Positions 17,199 to 23,561 of a stretch of 23,561 nucleotides of DNA are shown in pieces. The notes beneath the pieces are model-generated. The model was not told the origin of the DNA. It was given only the letters and a program-made list of their open reading frames with translations, and made no database searches. This DNA is from Candidatus Acetothermia bacterium. Its GTDB lineage: Bacteria > Bipolaricaulota > Bipolaricaulia > Bipolaricaulales > Bipolaricaulaceae. Position 1 is the stretch's first letter; the number at the start of each line of letters is the position of its first letter. The stretch lies in assembly GCA_003563005.1 (NCBI GenBank), contig PWTC01000002.1, positions 1 through 23,561 of the forward strand, in the 5' to 3' direction. A program made the translations under genes and the position numbers.

Positions 17199-17669
17199 AT
17201 GAGGTTCCTGCTTGTTGTAGCCGCATGCGTCTGGGTGGCCCTGGGGGCTCTCGGCGGGCCAGTTGAGCTCCACTACTACTACACCCGCGGGTGCCCCGAT
17301 TGCGAGATGATGGGGCAGTTCCTCGAGACCCTGGCCACGGACTACCCGGAGCTGAAGATCGTGAAGATCCATGTGGGCTACGACTCGGCCAGCTGGCGCC
17401 GCATGGTCGCCATGGCCGATGCCTTCGGAACCGAGGGGAGGTACGTCCCCATGGTGTTCGTGGGCGAGGTGGGCGTTGCCGGGTTCGATCGCACCGTGGA
17501 GATGCTCCTCTACGACGAGGTCGAGCGCTGCTTGCAGGCGGGCTGTCCACCGCCTTCGGAGCGCCTTGAGGGCGGCATACCTTGGCGGCCCAGCCCGATC
17601 GAGATCCTCCTTGCCGCCGTGGTCCTGGTGGGGATCTTGGTGCTCTTTGTCGCCCCTTCGTCCCCCTGA
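17199..17669 (+). CDS. Exported/membrane-anchored thioredoxin-fold protein with CPDC active-site motif
   Basis: Signal-like MRFLLVVAACVWVALGALGG, then YYYTRGCPDCEMMGQFLETLATDYPELKIV (thioredoxin/glutaredoxin-like CxxC). A second Cys pair CLQAGC and a C-terminal hydrophobic anchor. Alternative TTG start at 17163. Confidence 0.6.
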   Translation: MRFLLVVAACVWVALGALGGPVELHYYYTRGCPDCEMMGQFLETLATDYPELKIVKIHVGYDSASWRRMVAMADAFGTEGRYVPMVFVGEVGVAGFDRTVEMLLYDEVERCLQAGCPPPSERLEGGIPWRPSPIEILLAAVVLVGILVLFVAPSSP

Positions 17670-17719
17670 CGTGTTCGTCCCGACCACAGACGAACTCCCC
17701 TCGAACGGGAGCGTTGCCC

Positions 17720-18649
17720 ATGCATAGCCACGTGCAGCCAGGCGGCATGCAGCGCCGACTTCTGTGGGGACTGCTGCTCACGGGGACGACCTTCTTCGCT
17801 GAGCTGATCGGTGGCCTGGTGACGGGGAGCCTCGCGCTGCTCTCCGATGCGGCGCATGTTTTCCTCGACATGTTCGCTCTGGGGCTTGCCTACGGCGCCC
17901 TGCGCCTCTCGGCCCGGCCGGCCAGCGAGCGGTTCACCTATGGGCTGCACAGGACGCAAGTGCTCGCGGCCCTCGTGAACGGGGCCATGCTCGCACTCGT
18001 GGCGGTGGGCATCGTCCGGGAGGCCATCGTCCGTCTGAGCGATCCCCGACCGATCCTCGCCGGCCCCATGGTGGCCATCGCCCTCGTCGGCCTCACGGTC
18101 AACCTGGCGGTGGCCTTCCTCCTGCGTGCCCACGACAAACACGATCTTGGTGTCCACAGCGCTTTCCTACACGTGCTGGGCGACGCGCTCGGCTCGCTGG
18201 GCACCATCGCCGCCGGGGCCGTCATCCTCCTCACGGGCTGGACGCCGGCCGACGCCGTGGCGAGCCTGGCCATCGCGGTCGTCATCATGATCGGCGCGGG
18301 GCGCGTGCTGCGCCGCTCGCTGCGGGTACTGGCCGAAGGCGTGCCCGAGGACATCTCGATCCGCGATGTGGCTGGGGCGATGCAGGCCGTCCCGGGCGTG
18401 GTGGGGGTCCACGATCTGCACGTGTGGGCCGTCGCCCCGGGATACGCAGCACTGAGCGCTCACGTGGTGCTGGGCGACCAGACGATCAGCACCGCCGAGC
18501 AAGTGATGACCGAACTCCGGCGGGTGCTCCACGACAAGTTCAGCATCGAACACACGACGCTGCAGGTCGAGTGTGCCCCCTGCCCGCCTGGCTCGGCGGC
18601 CTGCCCGGGGGCCGACTGCGGGTTCGACGCCTCGGCCTTGGGCACCTAA
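17720..18649 (+). CDS. Cation diffusion facilitator family metal exporter (CzcD/ZitB-like) with Cys-rich C-terminal tail
   Basis: Six TM segments with LSDAAHVFLD and HVLGDALGS CDF motifs, a cytoplasmic C-domain, and a terminal CAPCPPGSAACPGADC. GGGAG RBS before ATG 17720. The true start is internal to six-frame ORF 17582..18649. Confidence 0.85.
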   Translation: MHSHVQPGGMQRRLLWGLLLTGTTFFAELIGGLVTGSLALLSDAAHVFLDMFALGLAYGALRLSARPASERFTYGLHRTQVLAALVNGAMLALVAVGIVREAIVRLSDPRPILAGPMVAIALVGLTVNLAVAFLLRAHDKHDLGVHSAFLHVLGDALGSLGTIAAGAVILLTGWTPADAVASLAIAVVIMIGAGRVLRRSLRVLAEGVPEDISIRDVAGAMQAVPGVVGVHDLHVWAVAPGYAALSAHVVLGDQTISTAEQVMTELRRVLHDKFSIEHTTLQVECAPCPPGSAACPGADCGFDASALGT

Positions 18650-18817
18650 CGCCGCCCAGGCCTACGCCCTTCGCTGACGCGGCTGCCCTCCCCCGGGCCA
18701 CACTGGGTTTCCTTGTTCGCGGCCGAGTGTGCGAGGCGCTCACCACGTGGGCCTCGCCGCGCCTCCCCATCGGTGACCGCAGGAAAGCCGGCCCCCTGCA
18801 GGCGCAGCGTGTGGGGC

Positions 18818-20500
18818 CTAGAAGTCCGACGACACCAGTGTCATGAGGAAATGCGCCTTTAGCTGGCCGAACGCCCGCAGCCCCTGTAGGGCGTGATCGA
18901 TGATCCCTGCGGTGGAGGTCACGGACGGCGCGAGGAGCCTCTTGGGCGGCTTGACCACGATCGTGCGGCAGTGCCGACTCAGGCCTGCCGCTTCACGCGC
19001 ACGCCGGATGGCCAGCTCCAGCCCGCCCAGCTCGTCGACGAGGCCACGTTCCTGCGCCTGGCTCCCCGTCCACACCCGCCCGCCGCCGACGGCGTCCACC
19101 TCATCGCGCGACATCTTCCTGCTTGCCGCCACGCGCTTGAGGAACTGCTCGTAGATCGCCTCGATCGCCGACCGAAGTGTCCTGCGCTCTTCCTCGGTAA
19201 AGGGGCGTGTGCTGGAGAAGTACCCGGCGCGCTTGCCCCGAGTGAGCGCCTCCTGGCGAAACAGGATCTTCTCTAGCATCCCCGCGGTGACGATCTTCCC
19301 CATGAGCACACCGATCGAGCCGGTGATGGTGCCCGGCTGGGCGATGATCCTCGCCCCCGGGGTGGCCACGTAGTACCCGCCCGAGCCGGCCACGCCCCCC
19401 ATGGAGACGACGAGCGGCTTCTTCTCGGCCACGGTGTGGAGCGCCGCCGCCATGGCCTCGGACGAGGTCGCGGATCCACCGCCGGAATCGACATGGACCA
19501 CCACCGCGCCGACGCGCCTCTGGCGCGCCAGACTCCGCGCCTGATGAACCACCGTCAGATCCCCCGCCTTCTCCGAGAGGACGAGGGGAAGGCGAAAGGG
19601 CGGCCGGGCCGGCGGGGTGGAGCTCCGGCCGTCGACGATGTCCCCCGCGATCCGCAGCACGGCCACACAGCGACCGGGGCGCGGGACGGGCGGGCGCAGC
19701 AGCCGGCGTCTGGCCTGTGCGTACGTGGCCAGCCGGGCGGGCTTGGCGGATGTCCCGAGATGCCTCGGCAGGTCCTCCTCTCCGAGGAGCCCGTCCACGG
19801 CGCCGGCGTCCACCGCTCCCTCCGCCACATGCGGACCGCCGTCGACGATTGCCTCCGCTTGCTCCGTGGACACGGCGCGCCCCTGGGCGATGCCTTCCAG
19901 GCACTGCCGGTGGAGATCGTCGAGCAGCCAGTTCGCCATCTCGCGGGCCTGCTCGGACATCGACCGGCGCGTCAGGGTGTCGGCGGCCGTCTTGTAGGGC
20001 GAGATCGGGATGAACTCCGCCTCCACGCCGACCCGGGCCAGGGCATCCGCCAGGAAGTAGAACCGCCGCTCGTGGCCCAGCGCGGCCACCCACCCGCCAT
20101 GTTGGAGCAGGATCTCGTCGCAGGCGGTGGCCACGTAGTACTTGGCCATGTCGTACTGGTGCGACCAGGCGATCGCGCGCTTCCCGGCAGCCCGGAGGTC
20201 CTCGATCAGGTCACGCAGGCTCTGGAGCTGTGCGGTCGAGGTGCCGACCTCATACATGCGGAGGACGACACCCTTGACCCGGGGATCTCGCGCCACCTGC
20301 TCGAGCTCCGCCCCCAAGTCACGCAACGTGCGCACCTTGGGGACGAAGAGGCCCCGCGGAAACGGCGGGCGTGGAGGGGCCAGTTCCGGGAGCGGCCCCT
20401 CCAGCGTGAACACCACGTACTCGGGCGCCCTGCCCAGCCTCCGAAACCCATTGCTCAGCGCGCGCAGCACCCACCGGATCACGAACACCACGTAGCCCAC
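18818..20500 (-). CDS. sppA: Signal peptide peptidase SppA, tandem-domain 67K type (protease IV, MEROPS S49)
   Basis: 560 aa. N-terminal membrane anchor and two ClpP/crotonase-like halves (…VVHVDSGGGSATSSE… and GVAGSGGYYVATPG…). GTG start at 20500 with a GGAGG RBS. Confidence 0.85.
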   Translation of the reverse strand: MGYVVFVIRWVLRALSNGFRRLGRAPEYVVFTLEGPLPELAPPRPPFPRGLFVPKVRTLRDLGAELEQVARDPRVKGVVLRMYEVGTSTAQLQSLRDLIEDLRAAGKRAIAWSHQYDMAKYYVATACDEILLQHGGWVAALGHERRFYFLADALARVGVEAEFIPISPYKTAADTLTRRSMSEQAREMANWLLDDLHRQCLEGIAQGRAVSTEQAEAIVDGGPHVAEGAVDAGAVDGLLGEEDLPRHLGTSAKPARLATYAQARRRLLRPPVPRPGRCVAVLRIAGDIVDGRSSTPPARPPFRLPLVLSEKAGDLTVVHQARSLARQRRVGAVVVHVDSGGGSATSSEAMAAALHTVAEKKPLVVSMGGVAGSGGYYVATPGARIIAQPGTITGSIGVLMGKIVTAGMLEKILFRQEALTRGKRAGYFSSTRPFTEEERRTLRSAIEAIYEQFLKRVAASRKMSRDEVDAVGGGRVWTGSQAQERGLVDELGGLELAIRRAREAAGLSRHCRTIVVKPPKRLLAPSVTSTAGIIDHALQGLRAFGQLKAHFLMTLVSSDF

Positions 20501-20585
20501 CGCTTGCCCTCCTCGCCCCCCTCAGAGGGAGCTTGCCTTGTCCTGCCGGGGCGTCGCGCAGGCGACGCGCACCCGCGATCTCCCC

Positions 20586-21899
20586 CTACGCCTCGGGGTC
20601 CGTCGCCGGGGGAGGCCCCTTGGGCCTCTCCGACGGGGCCGGAGCTGTCTTCCTGCGCAGCAGCCCCTCGAGCGCGCCCACAAGGTCCGGCTCGGTCTCC
20701 CGTGCCGCCGCAAGCATCGCGCCCAGGTTCGCGCCTCCCTCGGCGGAGAAGAGCTTCAGGAAGTCGGTCACCTCGCCGGTGGAGACGAAGCGCACGTGGG
20801 CCTTCTGCAGGGCCTTGGCGAGCTCGGTCCCGATCGCCTCGTCCTTCTCGATCTCGCGGAACGCCCGCCCCGTCTCTTGGAGGCGGTTCAGTGCCTCGAC
20901 ACGCTTGGCGATGGCCTCGGCCTCGGCGACCCCCTTGCTGCGGATGACCTCTGCCTCGACCATCCCCACCGCCTTCACCCCTTCGGCCTCGCCCTCGCGC
21001 CGCAGGATGGCGGCTTCCCGATCCCCCTGCGCCTTCTCCACCGTGGCCTGGCGGGCGATCTCCGCCGACCTTACCTGGCGCACGCGCTCGACGGCCATCT
21101 CCTCCTCGGCCACCTGCTGCTGGCTGACGAAGATGGTCCGTTCCTTCTCCTGTTGCCGCACCCCGACCGCCTCGGAGGCGGCAGCCTCCATGACCTCGGC
21201 GGCCTGCCGGTTCTCCGCCTCGGCGATGCGGGCCTCCTTATCCCGGACGGCGATGTTCTGGCGGCTCTCGGCGTTGATCTCAGCCTCGCGCTTGCGAGCG
21301 ATGTCGGAGATCACCGAGGTACCGGGTGCATCGGTGATGTTGACCACGGCCACGTTCGTGACCACGCAGCCGTACTCGGCCATGTCGTTGGCGAGCAACT
21401 GCTGCAGCCGGTTGGCTATCTCGTCCTTCTTCTCGATGATGTCCTCGGCCGCGAACGCGGTGGTCGTGTTCCGGATGGCGTTCTCGATGAGCTCCTTGAC
21501 GCTGTTGATGAACGTGTCGACCACGCGGCCCGGCCAACGCTGCGCCGCCTTGAGGGGCTCGACCACCCGGACGTACACCGAGGCCGTCAGCGTGAACCGC
21601 GCGTTGCTCGCCGCGAACGAGACCATCTCAGGGATCCGGATCTCCACGACGCTCAGCGGCACGACGATCACATCCATGCCCAGCAAGGGAACCCACATGG
21701 GGATGTGGTAGTACGTGGTGCCCGTGTAACCTTCGATGTCGGGTGTCCCGGAGTAGACGGAGGTGCGGCCCCGCTTGACGATCACGTGGGCTTCGTCGCG
21801 CGGGACCACCCGCCGGCGTTTGGGGATCGCGATCATGAGGTACACCGCGAGGATCGCCGCGGCGCCGCCGAACAGGACGCTCAGCACTGTGGTCAGCAC
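20586..21899 (-). CDS. Flotillin-like SPFH/band-7 domain protein (YqiK/FloT family)
   Basis: N-terminal TM segment, SPFH domain, long E/A-rich coiled-coil region (AEAENRQAAEVMEAAASEA...). GTG start at 21899 with an AAGGAGGTG RBS. The 5' 31 codons of the six-frame ORF were rejected. Confidence 0.85.
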   Translation of the reverse strand: MLTTVLSVLFGGAAAILAVYLMIAIPKRRRVVPRDEAHVIVKRGRTSVYSGTPDIEGYTGTTYYHIPMWVPLLGMDVIVVPLSVVEIRIPEMVSFAASNARFTLTASVYVRVVEPLKAAQRWPGRVVDTFINSVKELIENAIRNTTTAFAAEDIIEKKDEIANRLQQLLANDMAEYGCVVTNVAVVNITDAPGTSVISDIARKREAEINAESRQNIAVRDKEARIAEAENRQAAEVMEAAASEAVGVRQQEKERTIFVSQQQVAEEEMAVERVRQVRSAEIARQATVEKAQGDREAAILRREGEAEGVKAVGMVEAEVIRSKGVAEAEAIAKRVEALNRLQETGRAFREIEKDEAIGTELAKALQKAHVRFVSTGEVTDFLKLFSAEGGANLGAMLAAARETEPDLVGALEGLLRRKTAPAPSERPKGPPPATDPEA

Positions 21900-21973
21900 A
21901 TCCCACCTCCTTCTTGTGAGGGCAGGACATCCCGTCCCTGCACTGCCAGGCGGCCCCTGCCCGTGCGCCCCAC

Positions 21974-22003
21974 AATCTAGCATGACGCACAACAGAAGGG
22001 CAA
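21974..22003 (-). promoter_or_regulatory. Candidate promoter for the flotillin-sppA operon: TTGCCC, 18 nt spacer, TGcTAGATT (extended -10), read on the minus strand
   Basis: Hexamers and spacing about 70 nt upstream of GTG 21899. Confidence 0.3.
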
Positions 22004-22202
22004 CTGGCTCCCGCCCTGCCGCGCCGCGCTGTCCTGCAAGCGTAGCCCACGCCCCCGCGGATTCCGCCGCCTGCGCACACCATCTCCACAGTGGCTACAC
22101 AGCAGGCAGCTACATTCGACCGCGGCGCGGATTTCCTTGGGCCGAGCCACATTCGGCAAGAGGCATGTCGTGCTACGCAGAGCGCGTAGATCACGGCAGC
22201 AC

Positions 22203-22230
22203 TGAAGCGCGGCCTCCCGGGTCGTAGAAT
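22203..22230 (+). promoter_or_regulatory. Candidate promoter: weak -35 TGAAGC, 16 nt spacer, TAGAAT (22225-22230). An AGGAGG RBS follows at 22260-22265.
   Basis: Same cgTAGAATg -10 context as the 6562 promoter. The -35 is weak. Confidence 0.3.
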
Positions 22231-22272
22231 GGGGGTGTCGGGCACCACCGCTCGACAAGAGGAGGTCCTGTG

Positions 22273-22860
22273 ATGATCAGACTGAGCCTGCTTGTGCTCG
22301 CGGGGTTGCTGGCGGCCGGGCTGGGCGCGGCCGGCCAGGCACGGCTGGATGCCTTCCCCGTGGGGACGACCACGATGGTGTTCGAGGTGGTGACCGAGGA
22401 GTTGGGCGAAGCCCAATCCCTTGAGCTCGTGGTGATCGCCTACGCCGACGGCACCTACACCGTGCGCATGATGGCCGAGGCCACCGGGACAGGAGATGAG
22501 CTCTCCGGATTCGGCTTCCTGTTCGGCGGAGCGAGCTTGGCCTACGGCGGAGGGGACGTGAGCCTGTCGCCGCTGCAGGACCTGATGGACCAGAGGAGAA
22601 GGCTGCAGGAGGGCGAGGTGTACATCCTGCGCGGCGGAGGGACGTTCACCGACGTCAAGGCTGTGTCCATCGCCGGCGTGGCGAGCATCGAAGGCGTGTA
22701 CCTCGATCCCGGGAGCCCCAACAGAAGGACGATCGTGGCCTTCGGCGTCTCCAAGCCCGTCTACACCATGCCGCGTGTGAGGCTTGAGCGGCAGCAGGAC
22801 GGTGCGTGGGAGACCGTGTTCTCCATGCAGCTGGTCACGTACACGTTTGCCGCCCCCTAG
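22273..22860 (+). CDS. Secreted hypothetical protein (about 195 aa) with cleavable signal peptide, no lipobox
   Basis: MMIRLSLLVLAGLLAAGLGAAGQA signal sequence. Coding-like composition. Strong RBS. Alternative GTG start at 22270. No recognisable family by eye. Confidence 0.55.
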   Translation: MIRLSLLVLAGLLAAGLGAAGQARLDAFPVGTTTMVFEVVTEELGEAQSLELVVIAYADGTYTVRMMAEATGTGDELSGFGFLFGGASLAYGGGDVSLSPLQDLMDQRRRLQEGEVYILRGGGTFTDVKAVSIAGVASIEGVYLDPGSPNRRTIVAFGVSKPVYTMPRVRLERQQDGAWETVFSMQLVTYTFAAP

Positions 22861-22867
22861 AGGCACG

Positions 22868-23554
22868 ATGCCGCTTCTCGACCTCAAAGGCATCACCAAG
22901 GACTACCTCCTTGGCAAGTCAGCGGTCCACGCCCTGCGCGGACTCGACCTGACCGTCGAGAAGGGCGAGATCGTGGCACTGATGGGGCCGTCGGGGTCGG
23001 GGAAGTCGACGCTCATGCACATCCTGGGGGCGCTGGACACGCCGACCGGGGGCACGGCCAAGCTCGACGGGAAGACGCTTCAGGAACTCTCCGAGAACCA
23101 CCTGGTGACGCTGCGCGGACGCAAGGTGGGATTCGTGTTCCAGACCTTCAACCTTGTGCCGACCTTGTCCGCCCAGAAGAACGTGGAACTCCCGATGATC
23201 TTCCTCGGGGTGCCCCGGAAGGAGCGCGCTGCAAGGGCCAGAGAACTGCTCACCAAGGTCGGGCTGGCGGACCGCATGCGCCACAAGCCCAGCGAACTCT
23301 CCGGCGGTGAGCGCCAACGCGTGGCCATCGCCCGCGCGCTGGCCAACGACCCGGAGATCATCCTCGCCGACGAGCCCACCGGGAACCTCGACACGGAGAC
23401 GGGCACGACCATCCTCGAGCTCTTGAGGCGATTGAGTTTGGATGACAACAAGACGGTCGTGCTCGTGACGCACGACCCGGAGGCGGCCCGCATCGCCGAC
23501 CGCGTGATCCACATGCGCGACGGCCGTGTGGTTGATGGGGATTCTCATGCTTAG
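22868..23554 (+). CDS. ABC transporter ATP-binding protein, LolD/MacB/FtsE-like (partner of FtsX-type permeases)
   Basis: Walker A GPSGSGKST, Q-loop, signature LSGGERQRVAIARAL, Walker B ILADEPTGNLD, H-loop VTHD. The true start is internal to six-frame ORF 22784..23554. Confidence 0.9.
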   Translation: MPLLDLKGITKDYLLGKSAVHALRGLDLTVEKGEIVALMGPSGSGKSTLMHILGALDTPTGGTAKLDGKTLQELSENHLVTLRGRKVGFVFQTFNLVPTLSAQKNVELPMIFLGVPRKERAARARELLTKVGLADRMRHKPSELSGGERQRVAIARALANDPEIILADEPTGNLDTETGTTILELLRRLSLDDNKTVVLVTHDPEAARIADRVIHMRDGRVVDGDSHA

Positions 23555-23561
23555 GGACTTC

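Noticed and set aside
15189-17687. 347-aa and 439-aa minus-strand ORFs (15189-16232, 16368-17687)
   Set aside because: Antisense to dinG (Walker A, DEAH, FeS motifs on plus strand) and to the Trx-like gene. R/G/H/E-rich.
19101-21980. Long alternative-frame ORFs 19101-20093(-), 19436-20947(+), 20533-21711(+), 20538-21980(+)
   Set aside because: Overlap the sppA and flotillin genes, which have convincing family signatures. The alternative frames are Arg/Pro/Gly/Ala-rich with no motifs.
21977-22258. 93-aa Cys-rich minus-strand ORF in the 370-bp intergenic region
   Set aside because: Would overlap both candidate promoters and start 12 nt from the plus-strand gene RBS. No RBS of its own. Kept only as a remote small-protein possibility.
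21628-22899. 423-aa minus-strand ORF spanning the flotillin start, the intergenic region and the secreted-protein gene
   Set aside because: Crosses two promoters and an RBS. His/Arg/Gly-rich. Incompatible with the well-supported genes on both sides.
1-23561. CRISPR arrays, IS elements/transposases, integrases, tRNA or rRNA genes
   Set aside because: No regularly spaced direct repeats, no terminal inverted repeats or transposase-like ORFs, and no tRNA-like cloverleaf-capable segments were seen in any intergenic region. The window looks like core chromosome.

Overview
The window is a high-GC, tightly packed, mostly housekeeping stretch of a bacterial chromosome. It has no mobile elements, rRNA/tRNA genes or CRISPR arrays that I can see. 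The supportable genes, in order, are:

- oppF (N-terminal fragment at the window edge) and oppD, both on the minus strand.
- A sigma70-like promoter driving an S1-domain protein and a four-subunit 2-oxoacid:ferredoxin oxidoreductase (delta-alpha-beta-gamma).
- rpmB, tsaB and ruvB on the minus strand.
- A divergent PD40/TolB-like periplasmic propeller protein, followed by ribF.
- A small CDP-alcohol-phosphatidyltransferase-like membrane protein.
- A 982-aa ORF in which a complete LptF/LptG-type permease is fused in frame to an OstA/LptD-like domain.
- A divergent, translationally coupled miaB-pfkB-CBS-dinG cluster.
- An exported thioredoxin-fold CxxC protein followed by a CDF metal exporter.
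- A convergent flotillin (SPFH) and SppA (S49 protease) pair.
- A 370-bp divergent intergenic region, then a secreted protein and a LolD/MacB-type ABC ATPase at the right edge.

The presence of Lpt-like components and a tandem-domain SppA suggests a diderm organism. Several promoters appear to give leaderless or near-leaderless mRNAs.

Many long antisense or out-of-frame ORFs in the six-frame track are GC-content artefacts and were rejected. The most unusual item is the single-polypeptide LptFG-LptD-like fusion. All family assignments come from reading motifs by eye, not from database searches.
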